Shown here one piece after another: positions 1 to 13,584 of a stretch of DNA of 64,000 bases (position 1 is its first letter; each line of letters starts with the position of its first letter). This DNA comes from Dimorphilus gyrociliatus. Lineage: Eukaryota > Animalia > Annelida. The notes under the pieces were generated by a model that worked only from the letters and a program-made list of their open reading frames with translations, made no database searches and was not told the DNA's origin. The stretch covers positions 28,569-92,568 of the forward strand of contig CAJFCJ010000005.1 in the NCBI GenBank assembly GCA_904063045.1, in the 5' to 3' direction. Position numbers and translations under genes: made by a program.

Positions 1-39
1 AAAATTTAGTTAAAACTGGTATTGGAAAAATTGAAATAT

Positions 40-693
40 TTACCCTAAACAACTTGATAGGCCTGATAGACAAAATTTCGACATTGCATATAAAAGAATC
101 TTATTTTGTATCCGTCCAGCAAGGGATGACATGTTAATAATTCTACCATTCGCCATATGTAACAAATGGAGAAATTTAAATGACATTATTGCTGGAGCAA
201 CCGCATTAACGTTTAAAACTTCCCTAACTTTATGCGGTAGAATCGTCTCCGGCGAACCAAGATTGTGTCCAATAATTCCAGCATTATTCACTAAAGCGTA
301 TAGACCATTTTCACCAACTTTTTGACTAACAAATTCCCTAAGTTGTTCAATTTCATCGTCATTCGTTACGTTCAGAATGAAAGTTGTCAATCTATTTGAA
401 GAGGATAACGATAAATCTTTAGCTCCTTTTTCAGTTAGGCAAGTAGCTATAACATTCATTCCTTTATTGTCAAGACGTTTCGCCAATAGATTTCCAAATC
501 CTGAAATTTTTTTTTTTTGTCTGTTCATTACGAAGGAAATAAACAATTTCAACTTACCAGTATCACATCCGGTTATTAAAACGTATCTATTTTTAATATT
601 CCTTATATAAATAGATCTTATAAAATGTTCAATACACCTTAATAGTATTATTAGTAGTAAAATACTTGTTAAAAATCCTAAAGTTGTAAGCAT
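40..693 (-). CDS. Short-chain dehydrogenase/reductase (retinol/17-beta-HSD-like, SDR9C type); 3' end continues outside the window
   Basis: N-terminal hydrophobic anchor; VLITGCDTG|FGNLLA after removing a 57-nt in-frame GTAAG..CAG intron (501-557); LVNNAG, INMSS and YAMSK (YxxxK) motifs; probable donor near 43. Confidence 0.9.
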   Translation of the reverse strand: MLTTLGFLTSILLLIILLRCIEHFIRSIYIRNIKNRYVLITGCDTGKLKLFISFVMNRQKKKISGFGNLLAKRLDNKGMNVIATCLTEKGAKDLSLSSSNRLTTFILNVTNDDEIEQLREFVSQKVGENGLYALVNNAGIIGHNLGSPETILPHKVREVLNVNAVAPAIMSFKFLHLLHMANGRIINMSSLAGRIQNKILLYAMSKFCLSGLSSCLG

Positions 694-1048
694 TTTGCTG
701 TGTTAATAATTTAAAATCCCAATTTTGAATCTTCCACACAAACTCAAACCATTAATATAAAATATATATTGTATTTGTATAAAAAAATTTCTTATCTATA
801 AATCAGTTATTTATGTAATGAATTGCTCATAATGGGTGAGATAAGAGAGTGAGGTAGAAAAAGGGGAGGGGAGGCAGGAGGCAGAGGCAACAGTTGTTTC
901 TAATGCGCAGACAACATATGATGCTCATTTTATAAATTATAAATCAACAAAATCAATTTATAACGTCACCTAGTGATCTAGTTTTAGTACAAATAAAACA
1001 ACCCCTCCAATTGCCATAAGCAACTTGGATCAATACTAAAAAAACAAA
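694..1048. promoter_or_regulatory. Short divergent intergenic region (candidate bidirectional promoter)
   Basis: 355 bp between the oppositely oriented ATGs of the SDR and LRR genes; purine-rich GA tract at ~835-890. No motif proven. Confidence 0.3.
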
Positions 1049-2959
1049 ATGGCGTCCAATATTGAATTATCTACACGTAGCGTTCGTAAAAAAATTGAAA
1101 ATAATGATTTTAACGGATACTCAAAGTTATTTAAACAGTTTGAAAATTCATCAAATACAATAACGACATTTAAATTTCAAGGTTATAATTTAAATTATAA
1201 AAATTATTTATCAATTGCTCAACTATTTAGCAATTGTCATCAAATCGAATACGTTAATCTATCGGATAATCTACAAATTGGAAATAGTTTAATCCTAATC
1301 GTAAAACAATTATTACAATGTTCAAATACTTTAAAATATCTTAACGTAACCGGATGTAATTTAAATTCAAAAATTTGTAAACGTTTTGGTAATTTATTAA
1401 TTTATTTTACAAATATTCAAGAATTTTTTATTGGCGATAATCCAAATATGAAAAGAGGATTTTTAAAAATATGTAACGGACTTCAATCATCAACCAATCA
1501 TCTTAGAAAATTCAGTATTTATAATTGTAATTTAAACGCACCAACATGTAATTCACTTGAAAAACTATTGATTAATTGTACTCTAATTGAACATCTGAAT
1601 ATTGGCAATAATCCAAATATGAATAATGAATTTTTAAGTATTTGTAACAGTCTTAAAAAATCATTTAAAAATTTAAAATTTCTTTCATTAAAAAATTGCA
1701 AAATTAATGAAAATAATTCAATTGGTGTGAAGGAATTATTGATGGAATGTCGTGAGATTATTGGAATATATCTGGATGATAATGAAAAGATAAGTTATGG
1801 TTTTTTGGAAATTTTTAAACAACTTGAAAAATCTAAACAAAATTTAAAGTTTATTTCTTTGAATTTTTGTAATTTAAATGAAAATATGGCTACCAGTTTA
1901 GGTAATCTTTTACCAAATTGTTCAGTCCTTGAAGAACTTTATTTAAAAGAAAATCGAAATATTGGACCAAACGGTTTTTTAAATATTACTATTGGGCTTG
2001 AAAATTCGTCTGCTAGTTTAAAAGAATTGGATTTTGAAGATTGTAATCTGGATGAAAATATGAGTAGATATATTGGAAATTTACTTCAAAAGTGTCATCA
2101 AATTGATAGTATCTACTTGAAAGATAATGTTAATATGGGAGATGGTTTAATAGAAATTCTTAAAGGACTTGAAAAATCATCTCAAACTTTACAAGTTCTA
2201 GATTTGGAGAATTGTGCATTGGGCGATAATATCAATAAATACTTAATAAATTTATTAGATAAATGTTCAAAAATTGAGAAAATATTTCTTGGTGAAAATC
2301 AAAATATACAACTTTTTCAAATATTCAAACTGCTTGAAAAATCTAACAGATATTTAAAAACTCTTGGTTTTGACAATTGTAAAATGAATAATGATGATTT
2401 TAATGAAAATCTTGTAAAGTTATTAAATCAATGTATAAAGTTAGAAGCTATATATTTTGAAGGAGATGATTGGATAAGACAAGACTTTATAGGTATATGC
2501 TCAGGGATCAGAAATTCTTGTAACACGTTACAGACCTTGAATTTCGAAAATTGTAATCTCGAGGAAGAAGCATTTAATAGTATTGGAAATTTATTAATGC
2601 ATTGTCATCAAATTGAAGAAATCTATGTTGGTTGGAATTTTTATGGTAAAAATGGAATTTTAAAAATTTGTGAAGGTCTTGAAAAATCTTCTACATTTTT
2701 AAAAATTATTGGATTTCAGTGTTGCGGTATAGATGAAAGCTTATGCGATCATATTGGATTTTTGCTAATGAAATGTTCAAATATTAAAAAAATTCATCTA
2801 GCAGACAACTTTATTAAAAATGGATGGATACCAATTTGTCTTGCATTAGAAAAATCTTTACAAACTTTGGTTCAAATTGATTTTAGAAATTGTTTTTTAA
2901 GTAGGAAAATCTGCAAAAAAATTACAAACCAATTTGGGTCTAAAATTGTTAGACTTTGA
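1049..2959 (+). CDS. Intronless ribonuclease-inhibitor-like (RI/NLR-type) LRR-only protein, 636 aa
   Basis: Uninterrupted ORF of alternating ~28-aa repeats (LKxLxLxNCxL / IExIxLxxNxxM..F..I..GL..S); no NACHT, TM or signal peptide seen. Confidence 0.9.
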   Translation: MASNIELSTRSVRKKIENNDFNGYSKLFKQFENSSNTITTFKFQGYNLNYKNYLSIAQLFSNCHQIEYVNLSDNLQIGNSLILIVKQLLQCSNTLKYLNVTGCNLNSKICKRFGNLLIYFTNIQEFFIGDNPNMKRGFLKICNGLQSSTNHLRKFSIYNCNLNAPTCNSLEKLLINCTLIEHLNIGNNPNMNNEFLSICNSLKKSFKNLKFLSLKNCKINENNSIGVKELLMECREIIGIYLDDNEKISYGFLEIFKQLEKSKQNLKFISLNFCNLNENMATSLGNLLPNCSVLEELYLKENRNIGPNGFLNITIGLENSSASLKELDFEDCNLDENMSRYIGNLLQKCHQIDSIYLKDNVNMGDGLIEILKGLEKSSQTLQVLDLENCALGDNINKYLINLLDKCSKIEKIFLGENQNIQLFQIFKLLEKSNRYLKTLGFDNCKMNNDDFNENLVKLLNQCIKLEAIYFEGDDWIRQDFIGICSGIRNSCNTLQTLNFENCNLEEEAFNSIGNLLMHCHQIEEIYVGWNFYGKNGILKICEGLEKSSTFLKIIGFQCCGIDESLCDHIGFLLMKCSNIKKIHLADNFIKNGWIPICLALEKSLQTLVQIDFRNCFLSRKICKKITNQFGSKIVRL

Positions 2960-3231
2960 AAAATTTTCTAACAATTCATTCAGCCTATTTTTAAATATTA
3001 ATGAAGAAAGAAACTGTCCAAAGAGGGAGTATTTTTTAGACTGGTTCCATTTATATTATGATCAAAAGCTACTCAATTAACATTTCAATAAAAAGACATT
3101 TGAAATAAAATACAATATAAAGAAATGCCAAGTCTATAAATATACACACTTTAGAAAGAGAGTCGTTTAAAAATTCAAGTTAAAGTTTCAAATTGTTCTA
3201 CAATTCAACAAAAAAGACAAACACTAAATAT

Positions 3232-6200
3232 ATGATTTTAATAATATTTCTATTGTTTTGTTGTTTAAATAAAGCAGAAATATTTGAAAATGAGAATAAT
3301 TATTTTTTGGATGTTATCAATGAGACTCAACAATATGCTGAAGGATATTTAAAGATTTTGTTTAAAAAGGAAGTTTTTTCTGTCCATTTTGAATATGAAC
3401 AGAGAGAATTTCCTTTAATAATAGGCGGAATTATGGGATACGACAATTTTTATTCCATTTCCTATGCAACTGATTTAAAAATTTTAACCAAATTTGAAAT
3501 AGTTTTCATTGGAGATAAATGCTGTTTTCTGTAAATAGAAATACCTATTTATTTTTTAGCTTTAGTTTTTAAAAATTAGGCCTATGTTACAATTCATAAG
3601 AAAAGTCATTGACTTGTCATTTTTCCATAGAAAAGTCACTAAGGCGAAGAAAAAACTTGTAAAATTAATTTTAAAATATTTCAAAATGACTTCTCCATGT
3701 TGGCAATTATTTTTTTGTCTAATAAATTAATAAATCTTAATTATTAAATTTTAACAAAACAGATATTCTAAGTAGACCAACTTCACAGCTAAATGTTCAT
3801 AAACTCTTCCTAAGAAAAGGGAACAGTTTATTTAAATTATTTACATTAAATACATACAATAAGAAGAGAATTTGTGAACAAACACTACTCCAAATACAGG
3901 AAACATATGTCAATGAATTGAAATTCAATACACTTGAAAAAGTTCTTTTATTGGTAGAGGATGATGGTAGTTTTACATTTCTATTCAAGTACTCAGAATC
4001 AATGGCAAATATCAGTAGAATATATTGCAAACATAATGAAATGAATGGTATGAAAATTTCATTCTAAAATTAAACTAAACTACTATTTTGTTTTAAAGAA
4101 ATTAAGAGAATTTCAAATGGAGTTTCTCTATTATATGCTCTTACTATGGCAGATGATTTAAAAATGTGGAAATATATAATTGCATCTAAATCTCATGGAA
4201 AATTACCATTAGCTTTTAGTATATTAATTCATATTAAACAATGTTGTTCATTTATTTGTTGGAATATTAATAAACAAGTACCAATAATGTCTACTTGTAA
4301 ATCAATTGTAATCATATCAAAAGTTTCTTATCTTTCACATAGAAAAAATCATAATTCCATATAAACAGCTTTCTTTTTTTTATTTTTTAGAAATATTTTC
4401 CAATAATACATCCTTGTGGTGACTTAAATACAAATATTTTGGATTGTTTTTTTTACAAATATCCAACAATACAAACGAAAAAAATCAGAATTGCAACAAC
4501 ATTTTGTGAACATGATTTTGAAAATAGTTAGTTTTTGTTCTAGGCCTAAGGCAGGAAGGGAGGGATGTAAAAATTTCTTATTTTTTTTAATACTAAATAC
4601 CAGCTGTACAAATCTATTTTGCAGTGCATACAATGAAGAGTTTAATAAATACTCAATTGCTATTCCATAAATATAGAGAGCAAGACAAATATGATATAGG
4701 AGTATTAAAAATGAGATTAAAGAATAATTCATTGGATACATTTCATGTTCAATACAAAAAGCTGCCAACAAATATATTGATTCAGATTTGTTCAGCAATT
4801 GGCTATGATAATCTCTTTTCTCTTGTGTATCCTTGGAAAATTTCCAAAACGGAAAAAAACTACAAATATTATGATATATTTTCAAAGAGTTTGAAGATTT
4901 GCTGTTATTTGTAAGTTGTTTTCCATGTGAAACTATTTTTTTTTTCCAACTATTCACCTTGATTGGGAAAAAGTATGAAATATTATTTGAATCAAAAAAT
5001 TATGATCCAGTTGCACCACTTTTTAAAAAAGAAATCTATATTATAAAATTATGTAAAGATGTTTGTAACCTATTTTCAATGATTTTTAATTCACTAAATT
5101 GCTATTTTGCAACAATAAAAAGAAAGTTGAATGTAAAAATTTGAATTTAATTTTTAAAATTATTTAAAAGATATATAATCTTTTTTCTCTTTAGAAATTT
5201 GACATGTTAAGTTGTTCGCGTAATTCAGGTTATAAAAGCTGTAGTGTGGTAGAGGGAACTTCAAAGATGATATATGAAGCGAATATAATTTGTGATAATA
5301 CAAAAGGAAAATATAGTAATCATCTTTATTAATCTTTTCTGTTCAATTTATGAAACTGATAGAAAGTATAAAAAATTGACAGGCATTTTTCAAATTGTAT
5401 ACAAAAATTCTTGGCTTGCACTTAAATATGTTGAACATTTTGAAATTGGTGTTATTTGCAAATATTTTGGTTTTAATTATGGGAAAATAATTCAAGAATC
5501 AAGTATTGCTGAATATATATATATAAATTTGATGGTTATGAATTCACTTATGTTGACAGTTTTGAAACAATTTCATGTAAAAGTATATCACTTTTAAATT
5601 GTAACTTTAAAAGAAGAAAGTAAGAAATTCCTTTTTTCTTATTGCAAAAGTATTAGTAAAATAATCATGTGAATCATTAAAAGGATATTAAGAAAATGGC
5701 TGCCATATTATTTAGAATGTTCCCATGAAAATGTTATTGAAAGTAAAAATACTAATATTTCATTTTTTTTGTTTAATTATTCTAATATGTTTGAATTTTT
5801 TAACTGATTGCCCCAAAACCTCTGCTTTGCTGATCTACGATGTCTGCTATTATACTTTTGAGTATACTAGACAAGCATTAGTATCAGAGATGAAAGAGTT
5901 TTGTGTAAAAAAGAATTTAACATACTCTGATTATCCAACACTTAATTCATTGTTTGTCACCCTATTCTTATCATATGTCAAAATGCCAAGCGTTGAGAAA
6001 TTTTCGGAGGATAATCCATTCGGTTATCAAAGTAAAACCAAACTTTTTATTGAAAACTTTCTATTTGTGTTTTTTTTATATGTTGTTCTAGTCTTGGAGA
6101 AAAGAAAATATAGGAGAAATCAATACATTTATGTGACAACAAGTGGTAGAACAATCAGTATTCCTCCATTTTATAACAAGGTCAGTAAAAGGAATTTGTC

Positions 6201-8000
6201 AATTTTTCCAATTAGTGATTCATTCTTTTCCTTGTGCCAAAAAAAAACCAAAACAGATCAGAAAGCGTGTTAAATATATAAATCAACAATCATTTGAAAA
6301 TTCTGACAACTATAAACTAAATTGTAAAAGTATTTTATATAAAATTAAATATATTCAAACAGATATCTAAAACAGAAAATTTTTTCAACAAAGTTAAATT
6401 TCTCACTTATTGTTTATTTCAATCATATTGGGTAATTTTTATTCTATATGTTTGATGATGAAAATGGGATAAAGATGTTAGGAATCTAGTAATCAAGAAA
6501 CATAATGAATTAGGAAAATTAAGGGCAACAGCAAGGGCTTTGGATTGGCACCGTCCACTATAAGTGATAGTTTTAGATATGAACCACCATGACAAGAGAA
6601 TTGGGGTTGTCCAAAGCCTCACAGAAAGAGACATTGGCAGAATGAAAAGGATTGTGAAGAGACTTAAAAGAAACAAGGAAAGGGTGACAGCAGGAAAGAT
6701 TTTAAAGAAATTAGAACTGGATATAAGCCTTAGAACAATTCATAGGGAGCTGAAAAGACAAAATTTGAATTATGAAAGAATAAGACGAAGAGACGATCTC
6801 ACACCCAAGGATTACAAAAGAAGAGAACAGTATTATCTTAAAACACCCAAGTATAATTATATAACCGTCACCCTAATCCTGACAAAATATTTGGAATATG
6901 ATGGGTCACAATTCCAGTCTGAGGATGAACTACAAAATGACAAAAATATTAGTCCGAAACCATTGTCTAGATTGTTTTGTTCGGTTTATCAAAATTTGCA
7001 GTGTCTGGGTTTTTCAGACGATTACTATATGTGACTCTATTCAACGAACAATGAATCATTTAACAAATTTAAAAATATTAAAAATGAATAATTATCCTCT
7101 GAAATCAATTTTAAGTAAATCATTCAAGCCATTAAACAATTTGAAATATTTGTCAATGAAAAATATTGTCTTCAAAATGGAATATTTCATTCAAATAATT
7201 AATGGTTTTATGAATATTCAAATTATTCATATTGATTTTTTTAATTATTGCTGCTATGTATGGAAAACGTTGGGTAGTAATGTAATATGTAAATTTAAAT
7301 TCAAAATTTTATACAATTGTAAAAATCTTTTAAATTTAAATATTATTGTTGTTATTTTTTGGTTTTTTGGTATATTTGGTGTTATTTTTAGTTTATAGTC
7401 AATCTATTTATTTTCAAAGTCAGAAACATTTTTTAAATATCAGAATATCTTGTTAAGCATAGTATCATTATCAATTTCTGTGTATTTTCTATCAATTTCT
7501 AGTGTTAATGTATATTTGAAAGAAATCTTCATAGAATCAATATACAATTGGAAAAATAGCATTTTTTGCTCTTTTCTTGGAATACTAATGACATCATCCT
7601 TCTATATGCTAAGGAGCATTTTCTGTATATTAATTCTGAAGAAAAATTATTAGAGAATGATATTGGAACAATTATTTGTGAAGAGTTCTATAAGAATTTC
7701 AAATATTTGAAATGCAGTTTAAAAATTATTTTGGCTATAAAATATGTTCATGAAAAGGAATTGTCATTAAAAGATTCTCCTAATTTGCATTCATTATTTT
7801 ATGATGTATGAAAATATTTTTATAATGATAAAAGCTAACAGATTTCTTTAAATTTTATTTAGAACATGAATAATACCTATTTCCTTTCTGTTAGAGATTT
7901 TTGTGTAAAAACATCAATGAGTGAACAAAGAGATATTTATGATTTTGGTATTATATTAAGAAAAATTCTACAAAAACGAAAACATTTTATCTGCTAAAAA
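3232..8000 (+). pseudogene. Decayed multidomain receptor, probably LGR/GRL101-like (signal peptide, SRCR-like and C-type-lectin-like remnants, LRR, 7TM fragment)
   Basis: Signal-like MILIIFLLFCCLNKA; VICKYFGF (SRCR-like); CPKT...CYYTF...FC (CTL-like); LTNLKILKMNNYPLKSILSKSFKPLNNLKYLSM (LRR); YLKEIFIESIYNWKNSIFCSFLGIL (RXFP/GRL101 ECL1-TM3-like). Many stops and frameshifts; interrupted by a Tc1 fragment. Confidence 0.4.
6540..6845 (+). mobile_element. Tc1/Tc3-like transposase N-terminal (HTH) fragment
   Basis: LTERDIGRMKRIVKR..VTAGKILKKLELDISLRTIHRELK..DLTPKDYKRR resembles the Tc1-family DNA-binding region; related copies at 12370-12880. Confidence 0.6.
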
Positions 8001-8605
8001 ATTTCAATGAAACAATCTTTTTGGAAAATGTTGCAAATGTTTAGTATATCTATCTTTGGTAATAGGAGGAGTTTTCTTCAGTCTCTGCTTTCATAACTCT
8101 CCTTAATACTTTTTTTTTTTTTTATGTGACCACCCTCTCTTTTTATACATTTATTAATTCTGTGACCCATTCCGTCATATAAATGTGGTATTAAGTCTGG
8201 ATTCTTCTCAATAACGTCAATTTATCCTCCAACTCAAACTGTGGCCCATTGTAAACCATTCTTTTTGTAAGGTGCCAAATATTCACAATTGGGCTCAGAG
8301 CAGGGCTCTTTCCTGGCCAATCAATTGGTTTGATATCATTTTTTATAAGCCCTTTTTATTATTCTAGCTGTATCCAGCGTTATCTTGCATTATCAGATTG
8401 ATATTACATTTAATTAAGTTGGAATTGACAGTATAAAACTTAAATAACATCTGTACCTTTTCAAAAAAAAGAATTTACCATGTTAGCTCATTTGAACATA
8501 TTCAATTTAAAAGATATCTTCTTTGTCATATGTTTCCAAAAATCTGGTTTTTGTTCAGAATACTTTTCAAAGGAGAATGTCAACTTTATAACAATAGAAT
8601 CTACA

Positions 8606-11021
8606 GGGTGCAGGAGAAAACGTCCACAAGAGAAAACATCCACAGGAGAAAACGTCCACAAGAAAAAAACGTCCACAGGAGAAAACATCCACAACTGAGG
8701 AGAAAATGTCCATAGTGAAAGAGAATTTTTCTTTTTAAAACCTTTGGAGATTAAGATGAAAAGGAAAATTGAGAGAATAAATATATAATTTGTATTTATG
8801 ATATTATGATATGTTGAAAACAAAAACTAAAAACTACAAAACAAACTGCAAAAAAATTATAAAAGACTAAGTTTATAACATGGTAACAAGCTAAATGAAT
8901 GAGTTATGACGCAATATAAATGCTGGCTGCCTTTTCCAATAAATCTGATGCAGATATTAATCTGAACTCAAATTGCTCCCATAAGCCAAAGATCTGACTT
9001 TGAATTTTCTGATAAGGCTTTCTCTGTTGTCTACATATCTTTTTCTCACTTAATAATTTCTTGTACAATGGAATCAACTCTGCTTCTCTCTTTAATTCAT
9101 CAATGATAACATACAATGAAGAATTGGCATGGATATTCCTGTTTAATCTATTGTGCCATCCTTCCAGGTCATTGTTGGTTCTGATTGCTTCACCATATAT
9201 TGACCAGGTATGTGGTGGGTAATATCCATATAGCCACTGGTTCTTGATGTAATCAATAAATGGTCCTAAATGAGTTGAGGTTGTCTGTTCAATGTTTTTG
9301 AATGCATTTTCAATGATGTTTGATGGCAAAAATGGTAATGCCATTATTTTTTTCATTGTGTGGTAACACTCTCCTTTTGCCTTATATTCACAAGAGTAGC
9401 CCAATTCCTAAAATTATTACATTTCTTAATTTTTTTGCAACAGATGATGATAAAAGTTACCTGAATTTTCCTATATACAGATTGGGTCCAGTGAAAGACA
9501 CATCCTTTAATTATAACCTCAGGATAAACAGATGACAATGCTCTCCAGATACCTTTTTCAAAATCCACCACAAATTTCATTGGGAAATGTTGATTGGTCA
9601 GCTCCTTTATGGACTTTTTTTAAGAATTTTAATACTTAAAAAAATTGAAATTAAAAGTATGTGTACCTGAAATAATTTCTTATAAGCTGTCTTTTTCTTT
9701 GATCCCATAAATGCAAACAGTAATGGAATTTGTTTCATTTCTCCATGTTATTTGATGAACTCATGAACTGTGAACAATTGGTAAAATGGGTCTCTGACAC
9801 ATTTAAATGTTCCATCCAAAAACCATATCTTTCCTTTAGACAGTAGTTCAATTTGTTTGGAAATTATTATTCTGTCATCTTTCATTTTAATATCTTTTAC
9901 CAGAAACTCATCTGGTATAAATGATATTTCAAAATTTGAGTGAATATCTGTCAGCTCTTCTGGCTTGTAAACATATAACCATCATAGGCTAATAGGTCTT
10001 TACCTTTTTGACTCATTCCTTTCAGAATTTTGAAAGTTGGCTCCATATCTACTCTTTTTGATGTTGGAGAATTTATGAAAGAAGTTTCCATCAAATTATT
10101 TAAATCCTGTGAATGATTTTCTGTTGTGATTTCAATGTTACACCCAATCATTAGATCTGTGCTGTTGTTTTCAACAATAACATCATTATCATCAACATCT
10201 GTTCTCATATTTCTATCACTTTCTTTTTCATTTTCATAAATATCTGGACCATTACCAACAACATCATTCATAGTATTTTGAACTTCATATGTCATCTCTA
10301 CTTCCTTTTCCACTTCAGAGTTCACTGTTTTGATTTGACTAGTAGACAGCTGTTGTAAGGTGACCAAACATGTTCTCTTAGAAATATCTTCACAAATATT
10401 GCAAAGAAAGAGATGATTTTCTGTTAATACAATCATTTAAAAAAATGATATATGCTATAAAATTGAATTTAACCTACTTTTCATGCATTTCTTGTGAATT
10501 ATTACCCAATGGTGACATAGTTGACACTTTGCTTTATGCTGTCTTCCAACCATTTTCTCCTTACAATTGTAGCAATATGCCATTATCTATCAGTAAAAAG
10601 AGAAAGTTACCCCAAAATGGCTGCTCAAATATTTTAAAAGAGATTTTATTAATTAAAGTTTTACCTTAAACTGATTCAATTTAAAAGACTTATCAAGAGA
10701 TATTCTGGTGTATTGAATTTTTTTGATATTGTGTTGTACTTGTGAAATATCCTTTTCAGATAATATTTGAATCAAACTCTCCTTTGTATGGAACAAAAAC
10801 AGGAAATCATAAACAGGAAATAGTTCCTCAACAAAATGGAGAACCTGACATTGCATAATTTTTATTATCACTACAATGTACATACATTATTAATTTTAAT
10901 TTCCATGGCCATTTTCCCCTATAGACTTTTTCCACTGTGGACATTTCTCCTGTGGATATTTTCCTCTGTGGACGTTTTCTCCTGTGGACGTTTTCTCTTG
11001 TGGACGTTTTCTCCATAAACC
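8606..11021 (-). mobile_element. Mutator-like (MULE) DNA transposon, complete ends, degenerate transposase
   Basis: 9-bp TSD GAATCTACA (8597-8605 and 11022-11030); inverted termini GGGTGCAGGAGAAAACGTCCAC / GTGGACGTTTTCTCCATAAACC with subterminal ~16-bp repeats. Confidence 0.9.
8904..10583 (-). pseudogene. Spliced PHD-FLYWCH-MULE transposase with lesions
   Basis: MAYCYNCKEK..KCQLCHHW..HKKC|..CNIC (PHD-like); GKDLLAYDGYMF (FLYWCH start); WMDGTF, VVDFE, GCVFHW, TNNDLEGWH motifs; frameshifts present. Confidence 0.8.
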
Positions 11022-12309
11022 GAATCTACATTAGACTACAGTTATGGATATCTTTTGAATTCTCCTGGAGCTGTTATCATTGTACATGAAATTATACAAG
11101 AGATATAACAAATACCTTATGCTATAACTTGGGCTATCATTCTCCAATATCATTTCATACAGCTGGAGAACTAGGCCAAAATCGAAATTGTAAAGAAGAA
11201 GATACCCAAAAGTCTAAAAATGATTGTTGTTTTCAGTGAGAATGAGTTATATGATGAAAAGAAAATGCATTAATTTTTTTAACAAAATGTTATTTTCAGC
11301 AAACAGACTTTGAATTGTAAGGGAAGAAAAATATTAATGCTGAAATGCTTCAACAAAACACGTACTCTAACCAGATGAGAAAATATCCACACTTTTGCAT
11401 TGCTTCCTCCCAAACTCTTTTGCAACTTATAAAACCTTACGAATCATTATACCTGTGATAAAAATGTATTACAAATGTATCCCATCGTCCTGAAATCTCA
11501 TGACTTTCAGTGGACATTTTCTCCTGTCATTAAAAACAAAGCTTGAGCCTAAACTTTTTAAATGTTTTTTTTCCCCATACATTTATTTACAATTTTACTA
11601 TCTTTACAGATGACAATGACATTTTCAAGGTTGAAAAATCACATTCTTACAAAAAGAATCTAATTTGTGCAGCAAGTTTATATAATTTAAAAACAAGCTT
11701 AACAAATCAATTTTATAAAAAATTAAATAAAAATTTGTATGCTACTCTAAAAAAAAATTCAAAAGTTTGAATTTTAAATGTAACAAGAACTTTAAACTTG
11801 AAGATTTTGAATTATTTCAATCAATGTTTGAAAAATCATTAAACTATCATATATTTTCTATAAACATTAAAAATCATATTAATAATAAAGTTTACATTTT
11901 GCATTATGCAAATTTAAGTTTGAATTTGTCGAATTATCTATGCGGCCATTTTGAATATGACACTGTCCATTCTCTCACCAAACCGCTTACAACTTCAGCA
12001 ATTCTGTTACCATTTGCAAGTTTTAAAACTATTATTCAACTGACACCGAAATGTAAGAAACTACAAAAATAGTTTTTTAAGCATAATTTTTTTGATTTTA
12101 AAAAGAAACTTTGTTTGATAGTTTGACTTAATTTGTAATTATATGAATTTGAAAGCAGAAAAGAAGGAATTTGGTTTCTGTGCACTTCATCCTATAAGTA
12201 ATTCTTTGAAACTATATACCTAATTCAATACTATTTTATCTATCAAAAAATTAAAAGAGTGCTTTGTAGAAATTACTTATAAAGTCAATGATGTAAAAAT
12301 TGGAACACC

Positions 12310-12880
12310 AAAAAATTTCAATAGGCCAACTTTTGATTAACTGTAGTTATTTTTAAAAAGCCTTAAAATAATTTAGAGGGAGCTGAAAAGACAAAAATTT
12401 GAAATATAGAAGAATAAGATAAAGAGTTGATCTTACACCGAAGGACTGCAAAAGAAGAAAACAGTATTGTCTTAGAACAACTTAGTGTTGTTAGAATTGT
12501 TTGATCATTACATGGTTATAAAGTGTACGACAGGAATATGTGGACACCGTAAATTTTGATAGGCCAACTTTCAATTATTTGTTGACTAGTATTTTGTGTC
12601 TAAATTCAAATAGAAAACGAGATAAATTGACATAAATTGAAAATTTTTTAAGAAAATGATAATATTTTGTGAATATTATTGGCAAAATGGCACCATCATC
12701 TTGAAGCAACATCTTGAAGTATAAGCAGGCAGAACAAAACAATAGAGGTGGTCGAAAGAAGCTTTCAGACAGAGAGATAGCCAGGACGAAAAGGATTGTG
12801 AAGAAACAGAAAGAAAGCAAGGAAAGGGCGATAGCAGCAGAGATATTAAAGGAATTAGAAGTAGATGTATGTTCATCTCA
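12310..12880 (+). mobile_element. Rearranged Tc1-like fragments
   Basis: 12370-12475 and 12760-12870 match the 6570-6830 Tc1-like sequence in swapped order; repeated TIR-like AAATTT..ATAGGCCAACTTT at ~12313 and ~12552. Confidence 0.5.
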
Positions 12881-13584
12881 GAGAAATTGATGACTAAAAT
12901 TATTATTTTTATTGAATAATTTATTCATTTCAAGAAATTGACATTTTAAGAAAATGGATTTGGTTTATGAAAAGTGCTGTATTAAAGAGAGGACACACAG
13001 TTAATTACACTTTATAAGAAATTATCAAGTGAGACAAAGATATATAGATAGTAAGGAAACTTTATCAGAAAGTTCAGAGTCAGATTTTAGGCTCATGGGA
13101 GCAAATTGAACAGAGATCAAAAGGAGGTCCTTTTCTGGTTTCCTGTGTCATCATCCGCTCCTTCTAAGAAAATGTCCTCTCTTAGTTTCTGTAAGCACAT
13201 TGCTGATGTTGAAGCGAGAAGATATCATGTCATTAATCATAAATAATTATGAATATAACTGAAAATGCACCATTTTTGTGAAAAAATTCAAAGAGAATGC
13301 TTTAGAAAATATTTTCTAAACCAGCCAGACATTTTCTTACACAAAGAACATGCTAAATTCTTCATCAGCAATTGATGTAAATGTGTTGATATGGCATTGT
13401 TCTTTGATCGTTTTACAGCCAAAATACCTCGAGCAATTTGCACATATAGGATTGTCTTTTTGAACTAAGAATCCTTTGGTAGTCATTTTCCTTAAGCAGA
13501 AGCTACTTTTCTTTTTGATATTTATTTCTTCCTGTTAGGCCTATCAGAATAATATTTAATAATATTTTTACTGTATATCCCTCA

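Noticed and set aside
13300-13520. Cys-containing minus-strand stretch (ICANCSRYFGC) suggestive of a zinc finger
   Set aside because: Too short, interrupted by stops, and no family assignable.
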